Assembly: GCF_009914755.1 (NCBI RefSeq)
Contig: NC_060925.1
Direction: 5' to 3' (one strand)
DNA length: 64,000 bases
Source: the human T2T-CHM13v2.0 reference genome, Homo sapiens
Positions 37,783-52,622 of the stretch are shown here, in pieces (the stretch's first letter is position 1; every line of letters begins with the position of its first letter). The translations under genes and the position numbers were made by a program. The notes beneath the pieces are model-generated. The model saw nothing but the letters and a program-made list of their open reading frames with translations, ran no database searches and was not told where the DNA came from.

Positions 37783-39218
37783 ACAATGAGAACACATGGA
37801 CACAGGAAGGGGAACATCACACTCTGGGGACTGTTGTGGGGTGGGGGGAGTGGGGAGGGATAGCATTAGGAGATATACCTAATGCTAAATGACGAGTTAA
37901 TGGGTGCAGCACACCAGCATGGCACATGTATACATATGTAACTAACCTGCACATTGTGCACATGTACCCTAAAACTTAAAGTATAATAATAAAATTAAAT
38001 AAATAGACAATTAAATGAATATTGATGACTTTCTGAAAAACAAAAAAAGATGAAAAAATAGAGTAATCCTCACAATGGTTTAATATGCAAATTTATAAAG
38101 AACTATTATAAATCAAAATATAAAAGACCAACAATACAATAGAAAATAGGCCAAGCATATAATCAGACAAGATATAGAAGGAGGAATATAAAGGTTTGTA
38201 AATTAAATATATGAATAGATGATTACTCCACTAGCAGTTGAGGAAATATAAATTAAGAAAATAATGAAATTTCTCATCCATCATATCAGCAAAAAAGTAA
38301 ATCTAATATCAAGTATTAGCAAATCTAATATCAAGTATTGGTAATTATGAAAGAACAATGATTTTGAACATTGCTGGTAAGCATGTAAAATAGAAGAGCC
38401 TCTTTAGAGGGGTACTTGACAATAAAGATGTTTATAACCTATAACCTAGCAATTCCACTTCTATGTGTTCTCCTTAAACAAATTTTGCCCATTGTATAAG
38501 GAGACACATGCAGAGTTGTTCACTGTATCAGTATTCATTTATAATAGGAAAACAAAAAAGTAACTAAAACCGCTTAATTTAAAAAACTGGATAAATTGTG
38601 GTTCATTAGTACAAAATACTTTTGAGCATTTAAAATGAATGCATTAGAGTGACATTTATCAACATAGAGAAACTTCCAAAAACTATGTTTAATGAAAATG
38701 GCAAGCATTTTAACACAAAACAGTAGTATATTTGTATACTTATATATAATCCAAGTATAATAAAAATACAAAATTATACATGGTAATAATAATTTCAGAA
38801 ATTTGGTAACTTCTGATAGAAAGAAAGAGGTAAGGAGAGAGGATGTTAGGTATATCCGTAATGACTTATTTATCAAAATCAATAAAAGCAAGCAGGATCT
38901 GAAAGATGACAAAATGTTAATATCTGCTTCATTTTATTGAGTGCTTTTATGTTATTTTATGTATATATGAAATTTCCCTAATTTAAAATTTAAAAATTTA
39001 AATAACTTTAATTCATTTGACACTTTAGTGTAAAATATGAAGTAGAATAATGTAGTTTTTTCCAAATGGTTAGCAAGTTGTGCCAATATCATTTATTGAA
39101 TAAGTCATTCCTTTCTAATTTTAAATGCTACCATTTCCATATAATAAATTTTTATATGTTTGGGTTTATCTCTGGACTTCAATTTCTGTTCCACTGATCT
39201 GTATGTTTATCCTAATGA

Positions 39219-39533
<315 letters not shown>

Positions 39534-42038
39534 TAATTTTGATAATTGTAGTTTCATGATATTTTTCAATTTATATTATGGCAAATCTCTAGTGAATGTT
39601 TTCCTTTTAAGATTTATTTGGTTTCAATCACACTCAGTGATCTTTTCTTATCTTTTATGGTTATTTTCTTTCATAATTCATTTTGTTTATGCTTCCTCAC
39701 TATGTTTTAAAATTTTTTGTTATACAACATTTCCTTAAAATATTTTCATGTTTTTCCTTCTTTATTTAGTAATTTCCATATCATTCATCCTAGTTTTATA
39801 TTACAAATGGTTATATTTAAACTTAAAAATGAATTTGAGTCCATAACTTAGGTATGAGTAGTTTTTATTATGAATGATGTCAGTAACTCCTTTGAGACTA
39901 ACGCTTGGCACTTAACCTCCTCTGATAATACAGAAGGTTTATAACTCAGTGGGGAAAAGCTCTTTGGAGTACGTCTGACAACATGTTCTAATCATATTGC
40001 ACCATGTACAAAGGTTGGTGTGAAATGGGCAGAACTACACAGGAGTTTAGGATCAATCTGCCTTGGTGTCATGACATATCAAAGGTTATATAGATAATAT
40101 GGTATGGGGCTGAGTTGGGGATAAAACCTAGATCTCTATTTGTTCAACCAATCAGCTCCTTTACTTCGGAGCCATATTCCCAGTTTTTATATTACTTATT
40201 GGGAGTGCAGCCTGATTCCCAGCATTGTGGAAAGAAATGCTGGAGTTTCAAGCCTACTTCTTACTGTGTGATTTATCATCTTTCTGAGCCTGTTATTTGT
40301 AGGGAGAAAAATCATACCCATCTGGTAGAGTTCTTAGAATTAAATATAATTGCCCAGACAATGTGTTTAGGGAACAATAAAAGACTACATATATATGTAT
40401 ATAATGTACATATATACGTACATGAACCTATACAACTATATACATTACATACAATTTATAGATATGTTTCCTATATATGTGTAGCTTCATGTACATATAT
40501 ATGAATATGTACGTGTGTATAGACACATATGTATACATATATGTGCATGTATGTATGTAAGGATATAGAGAGACAGATCATATGTATGATTATGCTAAGT
40601 CTCCTGCCCATGAAGAACCAAAAAGTTGCCACCTAAAGTCTTCAAAAAATGCTGAACAATCCTGGGCCTCATATATCAAAAGCATGGAGTCTGGATAATC
40701 ACTATGTGAAAAACGAATCCTTATCTATTATAAGTTGATGTTGAAGAGTCACAGGGAATCAACAAAGTTTGTTAATTAGCTGCACCTGTGTCTTGTTAAC
40801 TGGAAATTGTCAATCTTCACACAGATACTGCAGTCTGACAGAGATGGTAAAAAAAAAATGGCTTGCAGATTGCACATTAGAAGATTCCTCTCCCTCACTG
40901 AAAACTTGTGAGAAGGCAGCCAAAAGAGGTAAAAGGGGAATGGAGCAAAACATTCTCATCAAGGGGAGTTTAGCATATCAAACAAGGGCATTTGTAACAT
41001 GACAGAAAGAAGAAAAAGATCTTTCAGGGAGACTCTTTCTTCTCCCTTCTCAAAATAAATATCCACCAAGATACAGACAAAAAAAAAGCCTCTCTTTTCC
41101 TCAATCTGACAGCATTTCCTACATGGAATTTTGTTCTAAATTTTAGCACTAATTCAAACATATTCATTTAATCATAATTTTAATATTTATTAAATAAACA
41201 GTTATGGGTTTCCTACTCTGCTATGTGCTGAGATTATATAAATTAATAAGACTGGGCCCTTTGCCCTTAAGTGAGGAAAATAAACCTGTAACACACACAC
41301 ACACACACACACGCGAAGGTAGAGTCTGTAGCCAGCCTAAGGGAAGAAGAGGTGAATTTTTGCTGAGGAATAAGGACTGGCCAGGCAGTAGAGAACACAT
41401 GGAAGACATTTCAGTCAGAGGGAGCAACAAGAACAAAGGCTAAGTGGTAATTCTGGGGCTGGGTAGGGCAAGAGATCAGACTGTGTCATTAAGACATATG
41501 AGCATGTTAAAAAGTTTTAACTTTCACTGAAAGCAATATGAAGGGCCTATTGAAGGGTTTTAATTGTAGGTGTGAAAGGTTCAGATTTGTGTTTCAGAAA
41601 AAGCACCTAAGGCTGCACTGAATGACTGTTCCAGGGTTTATACTGGTCTCTGTAGAGTCAGCTGAATAAGTAAATGCTCTACTCTGAGGAAACGCATACT
41701 GTTATGGAGAAAACAAGCAAGTAAACAAGTTATTGCAAACCCAGTGTCATTAATGCAAAAATAGAAGAATATGTCAAGAACTCTTGGAGCTTTGGGTATA
41801 GTGCACAGAGGACAGTGATCACATCTGCCTGAATGGGAAGAGTACACTTTCTTTTGAGCCACTTCCCAAAAGATGATGTGTAGTTCTGAGTCAAATCACT
41901 TTGAAATTAGTACCATAGTACATTTCCCCTCCTAGTTGTAGCTATGTATGGTTTGTAAGATGACTGAGATCAGGGCAAAATCCTTCACATCTTTTGTAAC
42001 TGCAAAGTAGGTACTGACAGGGCTGAAGTCAGAGTGTA

Positions 42039-42702
<664 letters not shown>

Positions 42703-43077
42703 GTGTATATTAAATAAAATCTGATTTATTAGGCTTTCTTTAAACCTATTATTTATTAAACAGGTTCTCCTTCCTGCGTGATGGGAAAGTCAAGGATAAT
42801 AAATAGAAAACCAGCCGAGTGGATGGCTTCAATACTAGGCCAACCTATAATGCACCCCATGAATGAATTTCCACCTATACTCACTTCATGTTTCCCCTGC
42901 ACAGAAGTGCTACGGAGTTAATAGGACAGATGAAATAACAGGTATATACATCTGTTTTTTTAAATGGGCTATTCATCAGGCACAGGGGAAGAAGCTATAG
43001 GTTTTCTCAGTGCTTCTGAAATTCTCAAACAGGAATGCATAGGTTTCTAAACTCAGGCAAAACCAAAATTCCTTTCC

Positions 43078-43089
43078 TTTTTTTTTTTT

Positions 43090-43140
<51 letters not shown>

Positions 43141-43283
43141 TACAAGATCTCACTCTATTGCACAGGCTGGAGTGCAATAGTGTGATCATGGCTCATGCAG
43201 CTTTGAACTCCTGGGCTCAAGTGATCCTCCTGCCTCAGACTCCCAAGTAACTGGAATTATAAGTACAAGCACAGTGCTTTGCC
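43078..43283 (-). mobile_element. FLAM (Alu monomer) with a (CA)n array grown in its tail
   Basis: Single reverse monomer 43140-43283; (CA)~22 at 43093-43137 between poly-T and body; flanking ttccttt repeat. Confidence 0.8.
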
Positions 43284-43527
43284 TTCCTTTTAAAAATTTC
43301 TTCAGTACATCCCTTGAGGGGGCCTTTCTACCTGCTGCATGATTTCTCACACTGCTACCCACTTCTGGCTTCCATTAGGTATATACTTCTATTGGCTTTT
43401 GTTATCATTTTATAATAAAATGAGGAAGGATGTGAGTCCTAGATTACCTTGCTTAATGGTGGCACAGCCTTTTCTTGATGAGACATTTAATGGTAGTCTA
43501 TTTTCTTATAAATGCATACAAATCATA

Positions 43528-44010
43528 TGTGCTAGACTGAAAATTGTTCAGAACTATTCTGCTTACTCTGTATCCATATTCTTTATACTATGATTTTGCT
43601 GCTCCTCCCATCAAAAGGTGACACCTTTGAATTTGGGCTGATCTGGTGATTGGTTTTGCCCAATAAAACCTGGTAAAACGATGGTACAGCAGCTTTAAGC
43701 CAAGACCTCAAGAAGCCTTGTGTAGTTCCATATTCTCTTTGAAATCCTACTATCAGCATTTGATCAAATCTAGGGTAGGGTGACAGTGGATGAGACTACA
43801 TTGACTAAAGCCCAATGATTCCAACTGAATCCATCTTAGACCAACATATAGACGGTTGACTTCCAAATATATGAGAGCACCCAGACAAGATCAGCAGATT
43901 AATCTACAGTTGATCACTAATACAGAAAAACCATCCGGTTGGCCCATGGACTTAACGAGCATTAATAAATGTTTCCTGTCTTAAGCCACTGGTTTTTGGT
44001 GCTTTGTTAT
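43528..44010 (+). mobile_element. MLT1 (F/G/H-like) LTR; last ~25 nt displaced to 51661-51688 by the ERV
   Basis: gctcctcccatcaa...ttgaatttgggctg; aataaatg...ttaagccact...tttgttat | ttagcaatagc. Confidence 0.7.
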
Positions 44011-44587
44011 TGAAAGAAATCAAAATATTTTATCCAAAAATATATTTATTTGACATATTTTGAGATGGCTGTTCAAAGAGCCAACAAATAGAAATAACCC
44101 TGTAAAGCTGTATTTTGTGTGGGAAATCTGTGTCTGCAGAGAATTTGAATTGATACAACCAGGCCTTTCCTTGCCCAGATCCAGAAAAGATTAACTGAGA
44201 GTCTGACACTTTTAAAGGTCTGATAATAACATTTACTATCTATTCTCTCTGAAGGCTACTACCTGTGAGGTTTCATTTACATAAAAGACCATGTTGTTAG
44301 TCAAGTCCCCTCTTCTTTCTCTCCCATAAGCTGTCTTGCCATCATGTCCTGATTTACCACCATAACCTGTTTTGGCCATGCTCTGAGCTCCCATTCTTCC
44401 CATAAGCTCAAGGTGGTATATAAGGTTCTGCATCCCATTGGGGGTTAGGGTAATCCTTTTGTGATTTTTCCTCTATGTACACGTTAATAAATTTATAATC
44501 CTTTTCTCTGATTAATCTGCCTTTTGTGAGTTGATTTTTCAAAGAAGCTTTAGAGAGTGAAGGGGAAGTTTTCCTTTAATCCCTACA
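44011..44587 (+). repeat. 5' LTR
   Basis: TG...CA termini; tatataa at ~44417; AATAAA at 44486; about 12% different from the 3' LTR over the first ~155 nt by hand count. Confidence 0.9.
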
Positions 44588-44591
44588 ATTT

Positions 44592-44609
44592 TGGCACTGT
44601 GAGCAGAAT
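44592..44609 (+). other. Primer binding site, tRNA-Ser(CGA)-like
   Basis: tggcactgtgagcagaat vs TGGCGCTGTGAGCAGGAT (complement of recalled tRNA-Ser-CGA 3' end plus CCA), 16/18, starting 5 nt after the LTR end. Confidence 0.75.
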
Positions 44610-45718
44610 ACCAAAACGCCACTCTTCTTGAACCTGCAGTTAAGGGAACCTAGGACCTCATAAACTGATGAAAAAATATGAATTTCTTAACAGCTAGGCT
44701 CCAACCTCTCTCTGTGCAATCTGGTCAAGCAGATGGTAAAAAATCACTGTCTCTTTTTCCTCTGCAAAATTTTGATTAACGGGAGAAAAGGATTTCTGTG
44801 ACTAGTCTTGGGGATAGTGACTCTGGTGTACTTTTTGGTGCTTTCTGGCATGAATATTCATATTGTTTGGTCTCTCTTCTCCCAGAAATAGTTTTTCCTT
44901 GTCCTTGTTTTTCTGTGCTATTCTGTCATAAAGAGGGGTAGTGAGTGAGATTCTCTCTCATCTTGTTTTATGTCCTTGAAAGCTTCCTTGTGACCAAGTA
45001 GGAGCTCTCTCTCTTGGTTTCCACCATCGGGGGGACATGATTTTCAGGTCACGTCAGGTGGCCAGTCTCAAATTGGCTGGGTACCCAAACACACTGTTTA
45101 TTCCAAGCATGTTAAGCTCTCAGGGGGATATTTTTTTTTTTCTCAACCTTTGTTGTTTGGTTAGTTCTGGGAAAGTCTAATCCTAGGAGGCTCTACATGG
45201 TGTTACAAATTAACAGGTCTGTCACTGGTGGCTCCTCACAAATTCATGGGTTACATAAACACCAACCTCAACTGTCTGTGACAAGATCCTTTTGCCTACT
45301 CCTGGGAGTAAAATTTTTTGTGGGGTGGGGGATCTTTAGGATTGCCTCTTCTATTCCCTCTCTAGAAAACACCTATTTTTCTAAACCTAGAAAATTACAT
45401 CCTGGGCTTTCCATAATGAAGTTATTAAACTGAGTCACTACTGGAATAAGTACATCATTGGGAATTCTAATTATCAATGGCAAAAAGATAGGTCCTTTAA
45501 GTTTGACTCCTGAATTTTAAAAAAGGAGAGATTTCTTATTCCAAACAATTGACGAGAATATCAAACTAAAATAAAAACATAATAGTGCCATGATTAGTCT
45601 TAAAATTCTCTTTACAAAATTAAAGAACAAAAATCTAAACTAAAATAAAGTTAAAGTCCTTTGAAAGCTCAAACTGCCAGCTGTGGGTTTCCTATGGGAT
45701 TCGCAATGAAGGCTACTC

Positions 45719-45793
45719 CACCTTGTAGTCTAGTAGTTAAAATTCCACACTTTCACTGCCATGGCCTAGGTTCAATTCTTAGTCAGAGAACTA
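45719..45793 (+). pseudogene. Degenerate tRNA-Glu(TTC) copy in the ERV internal region
   Basis: Ungapped 52/72 match to recalled tRNA-Glu; TTC anticodon at 45752-45754; followed by cta at the CCA position. Confidence 0.75.
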
Positions 45794-46202
45794 GTCTCTT
45801 TCAGTTGATATTTATGTAACTTTTTATTTTTGAAGGTAACTATTTATTAATCCTGTCCTTCCATGAGCAGCTTTTGATTTCTTATATTCTTCCATCTATG
45901 GGGACATATGGGACTTTTGGGACTTTGTGAATAGATGGTCAGTTAAGAAGCTGAGACCCCAGAAAATATGGCCAGACAGATGTGGGTTGTACACCATTGC
46001 ACATAAAACTTTCCTTTCTGTAAACTCTCTTTGGGGTGGTTCTAGATCTTATGAGGTAGAAGGGTACTTTCGATTTAAAAAAAAAATTCAAAAGCCAGAA
46101 ATTTCAGCTGTTTGTCCTGGCTAAAATCTGATAATAAGAGATTTCAAAGCGTTGTGTTTTCTCTAAGAGCTCCATAGTTCAAAGTCAACTCAATTAAAAG
46201 AT

Positions 46203-46204
<2 letters not shown>

Positions 46205-46243
<39 letters not shown>
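46205..46243. repeat. (CA)n microsatellite
   Basis: Seen directly. Confidence 0.95.
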
Positions 46244-46245
<2 letters not shown>

Positions 46246-48361
46246 ACATATACATATCTAAAATACTTTTGACGTTCTCTCTTTTCTGATTCTGTTTTTA
46301 GATTTCTTAGTTGACTAAAACCCTTTTTAAATTATGTATTTGGTCTGTCTGTTCACTTTCTTTCTTACAAAATATTCTACCATTTACTTTTATTCCTCCC
46401 TACCCCTCCTTCTTCTCCATCTTTGGTACTACATAAAAAATCTAAAAGAGATGTCCAATGACTCAGACGTCTTAATGCAGAAAAAGGTACCCCTTCACCC
46501 CATTTGTGGGGCCTTCTATTTTCCTTCTAGTTTCAAGAGTCATGGAAAGGATACTCTCAGGTCTAAAACTCTGCTGTCTTTTATAATACATTATTTCATC
46601 TCTTTGGCTTTTGAGGGTACCAAAAGTTACTTCATGCTGTGACAGAAAACTTGGCCTTTGTGTGTACAATGGATGTGAGGTCACTGGTGAGAACTACAGT
46701 TTTGGAAGTGGCTGGCAGTGGTACAATGAATGTTATTTGTTACATTGTCACACTAATGTTATTACTACAGGAGGCCACTCATTTCTTTGTGCACTTAGTT
46801 TTAAAAACATGCAGTTTAAATACTTAGAAAACTGTCTTTATAACGGAGTAAAATATAAAACTGTTGTGTAGCCCAGTCCCATGGTGTTTCCCTCTTTTTG
46901 GAGACCCAGGATTCAGTGTAAAAATAAAATCCTTGATTTTAAAAAATCTAAATTCTCTGCCTCCTAGCTGTGTCTACTTTTCATCTATCTAAATTATTAG
47001 GCTCTAAACATGACAAATGCTAATAATTTAAATTATTGGGCCATGTTCCTTAATGGGCTCCACCCTGAGCACAGTGGTCCAATTAAAAAACAAAGACTAA
47101 ATTAAAAATTACTTATCTAAATAAAATTAGTCTTCTTATAAAATCCAGTGGTAAATTCCTATGATTTTATGTTACCTTGACAAATGTTTTTAGTCTTCTT
47201 ATGTCTAACACACCTAAAATTTTTATTTAAAAAGTTAAAATTGTCTCTGTACTTTACATATATATTTACTACCCTGTTTTCTCTAAATCTCAGTAAGGGG
47301 CTTTGGCCATGTGTGACAGATAAACATTAACATTTCCCATTTAAAAAGACACAATTTAAATCCAGCTATCCTTTTATATTAGTGACTTATACCAATCTCA
47401 TAACTAAAATTTTAAAATAAAAACTGGAAAGTCTTTATGTCTATATACACACATGTATATGTCTGTTTATATACTGTCTGTCTGATACCATTGACTTATA
47501 AATAAATACTCATTAATAAACCAGCCTAATACTTGTCAAGTTCATATAATTTTAATAATCTATAGTAAATAAAGATAATTTTAAAAATTGTTAGTAAAAT
47601 AAAATACATCTTAAGAATTTAGTTTACACATTTTTCCTGGGTATTTTAGTCAGACGAGTTTATACTGTCTCTACTAGATGTTTTAAAGTTATAAATGTAT
47701 TACTTCCATAATATTTTCAAATACTTAATTTGTCTGTGAGCTTATGTCTTCAAATGTGAGCCTTTAAATCCTAAGGTCTAGAGAAGTGGCTATGGCAAGG
47801 CTGGGGACACTCATGGGCAGTATTCTCACAGGTCCAGAGCAGTGCCTCCTGGAAAAAGTTAGATCCACCAGACGTTGTCTTTATTACTCTAACTTTGGTC
47901 ATTGGCTCTAAATCTGGCACATGATTAAAATTACCCACTTCCTAGATTTTTCACCAGAAAATAAGGGTTACTGAGAGTTAACATCATAAGTAATATACAT
48001 AATAATTAAAACTACTAAATATAAAATAGTCTATATACAAAGTATATTAAAAATAAAAACATTTTTATAAAAGAATATAAACGTGGTTTTTGTTAAAAAA
48101 TAATTTTGTCTAGTTTATAAATTTTTATGTTACTTTCAATAAAAAATAAAACTAAATATAAAAAATTTAAAAATTATAAGAGGTTATACAAGAGTTTATC
48201 AAAATCTCTTGTGTATATTCAAAACTCATTAAAATTAAATTTGTTTATAAGATTTTATTAAAATTAAATTTAATATTAATAATATAATATGAAGGAAAAA
48301 TCTAATTTTCTATTTTAAGTAACATTTTCATACAATATTAAAAAGATTTTTGTTTACTTTT

Positions 48362-48672
48362 TATTTTATTTTATTTTTATTTTTCGAGATGGAGTCTCTC
48401 TCTGTCACTCAGGCTGGAGTGCAGTGGTACAATCTTGGCTCACTGCAAGCTCCACCTCCCAGTTCACGCCATTCTCCTGCCTCAGCCTCCTGAGTAGCTG
48501 GGACTACAGGCACGTGCCACCATGCCCTGATGACTTTTTGTTTTGTATTTTTTTAGTAGAGACGGGGTTTCACCGTGTTAGCCAGGATGGTCTCTATCTT
48601 CTGACCTCATGATCCGCCTGCCTCGGCCTCCCAAAGTGCTGGGATTACAGGCATGAGCCACCATGCCCAGCT
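48362..48672 (-). mobile_element. AluY-like SINE inside the ERV
   Basis: cactgcaagctcc..ttcacgccattctcc..accgtgttagccaggatgg; 17-bp TSD gatttttgtttactttt at 48345-48361 and 48673-48689. Confidence 0.95.
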
Positions 48673-51092
48673 GATTTTTGTTTACTTTTAAATAAACGCC
48701 CAAAAAAGAGAGAAGAGAGACAGATTTAGTTTGCCTCATGCTGTCTTTACTAGGTCTTTTGATTATTTGGGAAACAGCCTCTTCTCTATTAATAAAGTTG
48801 TTGCTGTTTAAAATGTCTGAATTATCACTTTGGCTAAATGAATATTTTACAGTGACCTGTGCTCCTATTTTGATATCAACTGTTTTAAATCTTTGATATT
48901 TGACATACTTCTCACAGTCATATTTCAAATTCTAAATTCAGTCTTTAGACCTGAAATTAACTTTTCATATATTAAGGCCCAAGAGAGTCCAAGAGAGATA
49001 TATTGGAATTATATAGTATGTTATAATCATATAAAAAATTGTCAAATAAAAAATGATATTTAACTTTTTTTGAGTTGTACTTGTAAAAATGTATTATCAA
49101 TATGTGTTCTAAAATTGTATGAGATTACTAACATACTGATGTGTTTTGGTATATGTTAACAGTAACAATTATGATTATTATGTCAAATTGTATGCCATAG
49201 AAATAACAAAATCTCATTGTCAATTGTTATGATTATTCTAAGACTTTTTAAATCCACAGACAAATTATTGTTTTACTTTGATTCTTCCTAAAAAGTAATT
49301 TGTAATCAGATACAGTACAAAATTTGCTTATTTTTCAAAGAAATTCATAATATGGACCTTGACAAGTACTCTTAAATACATGCTTCTGATAACTTTAGAA
49401 ATCATACTATTGGAGTAGGTAAAAAATTCCAGGACTCTAATTAAAAAGCTAATACATTCATGACTATTGCTAGCTCAACATCAAGCAGAACAAGAGTTAA
49501 TTCATGGGGCTAAACTGATAAAGGACTCAAATGATTTTTATAACTTTTTAATTTAAAACATTGCTGATTCCTTTTATGTTTTGTTTTCCAGCATTAAGAA
49601 AACTTTTTTGAACTATTTAGAGCTTGTAACAATTGGGTAAAGTATATATTTGTGAACAAAAATAAAACATTTATCTTTCTCACATAATTTCTCCAGAATT
49701 TAAAAATTATTTGTGAGTATTCTTAATTAATGACAGCACAGTTATTTACATTCGTTCCATAAGAATCTGTTTTCTTTTGTCACAGGACATAATTAATGAC
49801 ACTAGTTATTTTACCAAGACTTTGACTGGAATGATATATTTTCAGATATGGCTAAACTACTCTGAGAAGTTGAGATTAACTTCACAGAGCTAATAAAAAG
49901 CTCTTGAAAAAGAGTGGCCTGATGTCTTATCTACATGGTTTCTTTATAAGGTTCTAGACCTGTGGAAAATAAAATATATCACTTTCTGACAGGCCCATGC
50001 ACCCCAAGATTTTGGGGCCTCAAAAAGAGAGAAGTTCACCAGTTTGTACAGGTATTACAGGCACACTCTGATGACAAATCCTTGGCTTGGTTTCTTAGCC
50101 TCAAGGCTTTTAAATGTCTAATCTGAGATTCCTTATTAAAAAGTTCCAACAAAGTCAACTTTAAAAGAGCCTATATGGCCAATCACTATTGTTACTACAC
50201 TTTATGCAAATAGTCATGCCAAGAATAATAAGACTAAAAGTTACTTTTAATTTCATAACTAAATTAGTCCCATTATAATTTAACCTTAGTAAAAATGGGA
50301 ACTAGAGAGAGAAAAAATGTTTCAGAAAAAACCTATAGTATACCTGTTATTACATTCTAGCCTTGCCCATAGTTTTTGAGTTTTTATTGTTTTCCTATAA
50401 TTTACACTGTATCCTAAATTCTTTCTTGACTACAAGTCTCCAAACAATTTTTTTCAAGTTATTCTCTGATTTTTCTCAATTAAAATCACTAAAAATTAAA
50501 ATTACTTTTCTTAAAGCCCTATAAACTAAAGTTAAACAACTTGATATAAACTTTGGGGAAAATCACCACAATAACATGTATTACCAGTCATTATACCTGC
50601 TGATGTGTAAACTACTCCGGAAAGCTCACTTGAACATCTCAGTCAAACTATAACCCAGAAAAATCTGTTAGATTGCCACTGCAATCTGAAGATATTTCAA
50701 AGTCAAATCTGGTCTGTAGACTACTCCAGACATTAACCTTCACTTTCTTTTGTTTCCATAGAAATGCCTCTTATTATAGATATTCTCCTACATTATATAT
50801 ATACATATATATACACACACACACACACATATACATATGACTAGCTCATCTACAAGATCACCTCCTAGAAGGAGATTCAATTATTTAACCAAACTAATCT
50901 ATTATCATGACTAAGAGACTGATTTAAAAAGCCATGAGATGATATATTTAAATTTACTCTTTTCTGCTTATTCCAGTTTGTTTTCTCCCGCTCCTTTGCC
51001 TATCTGTACCTAACAATCTCTAAACCAAAACTCTCCAAAACTATCAACTTGACTTTAAACTGTGAAACTTTTCAAAGTTTCAAAGTAGAGAC

Positions 51093-51660
51093 TCAAGGAT
51101 ATCAAAATATTTTATCCCAAAATATATTTATTTGGCATATTTTGAGATGGCTGTTCAGAGACCCAACAAATAGAAATGACCCTATAAAGCTGTCTTTTGT
51201 ATAGGAAACTTGTGTCTGTAGACAATCTGCATTGATACAGCCAGGCCTTCCCTTGCCCAGATCTAGAAACATTAACTGAGAGTCTGACACCTTTAAAGGT
51301 CTGATAGAAACACGTACCATCTATTCTCTCTGAGAGCTACTACCTGTGAGGTTTCATTTACATAAAAGACCATCTTTGCTAGTCAAGCCTCTTCTTTCCC
51401 TCCCATAGCCTGTCTTGTCACCATGACCGGATTTACCACCATAATCTGCTCTGGTCATGCACTGAGCCCCCATTCTTCCTAAAACCTCAAGGTGGTTTAT
51501 AAGGTTCTGCACCCCACTGGGGGTTGGGGTAATCATTCTCTGATTTTTCCCCATGTGCACATTAATAAATTTGTATGTCTTTTATTAATCTGCCTTTTGT
51601 GTGTTGATGTTTCAGCTAAACTTCAGGGGGCAAAGAATGAGTTCTCCCTTGGTCCCTACG
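51093..51660 (+). repeat. 3' LTR
   Basis: Collinear with 44011-44587; termini mutated to TC...CG. Confidence 0.9.
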
Positions 51661-52356
51661 TTATTTAGCAATAGCCAAAGGATATACTATTTAATGTTTC
51701 AGTAATCAAACCATGCAGAAAAAAAAGACTAAAAGAAAGAAAAACTGAAAAAGGGAAAGAAAATAAGAGAATAAAAAGTAAAGAGTCATTTACTTTCCAT
51801 TGTAGTTTATAGTCCCAATATACTAGAATATTCAGTATTAAACTGAATTTGATATTCTTCACTATCTTCATAATTATTTAACATAAGCTTATCCTTGCTC
51901 ACATATTAAATCTAGCTATTTTAATGTACCATTTGAATTTGATCATACTAACATATATTTTTTGATCAATTGTTATCCTTTAAATTTCAATTTCCCACTT
52001 TTGTTAATGAGGAAAAGAGCATTTCCTGTCCTTGAGAATTTTGCAGTTTGGCTGGGTTCATGGGGTGTGACATGATATGTTACAAATCAATTTCAGTTTC
52101 TTTTCTTGATTTATTTGTTAAATGAAGAATTTGGACAAACAAAGTCTTAGGAGGCATAAACCTGAGTTCAAAACTTGTCTCCACCACTCACTATCTTTGC
52201 AAACTTTAGTATGTTATTTTACCTTAGTTGATCCATCCATAAAATCAAAATAATAATACTTTACTGGTTGGAAAGCTAAATATTCCACTAGATAGCTAAA
52301 GAAAATACTCTTCTTAGGTTTTTTTCAGCTCCAAAAAATATGCTTCTTTCAATCTA

Positions 52357-52622
52357 TTTAGAAGTGGGAAAATTGAAGATCAGAGACAGCAAGTAATTTT
52401 CCTAAGGTCAAATAAGTTGGCATAGCTGAAAAAAAAAAAAAAGACGGGTGTTCTTTTTCCCAGCCCAACTGTCCTCCCACTCCAACTTGCCCCATACCCT
52501 GCCCAAAGATAGGCATTTTCCCATATTGTTTTCTCTGTTTGTTTCCAGAATCCACTGAATGGTGTTCAATAAAGCAAGCACTACTTTTTAGTACAAGTCA
52601 ACCTTTTTCTAATTGATTTTTC
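52357..52622 (+). repeat. Left arm of a 266-bp inverted duplication
   Basis: Reverse complement of 54078-54343; about 12 substitutions and 2 small indels by hand count. Confidence 0.95.

Larger units (their letters stand above)
44011..51660 (+). mobile_element. Two-LTR ERV1/MER4-group provirus (LTR49/MER34-like), non-coding AT-rich internal region
   Basis: Homologous LTRs at both ends; 4-bp TSD ttat at 44007-44010 and 51661-51664; PBS after the 5' LTR; degenerate purine tract before the 3' LTR; no gag/pol ORF seen. Family name tentative. Confidence 0.85.

Noticed and set aside
45719-45793. Functional tRNA gene
   Set aside because: About 28% diverged, stems disrupted, embedded in an ERV; kept only as a relic
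44236-51560. Similar minus-strand ORFs at 44236-44433 and 51354-51560
   Set aside because: Antisense translation of the two LTRs; no coding features
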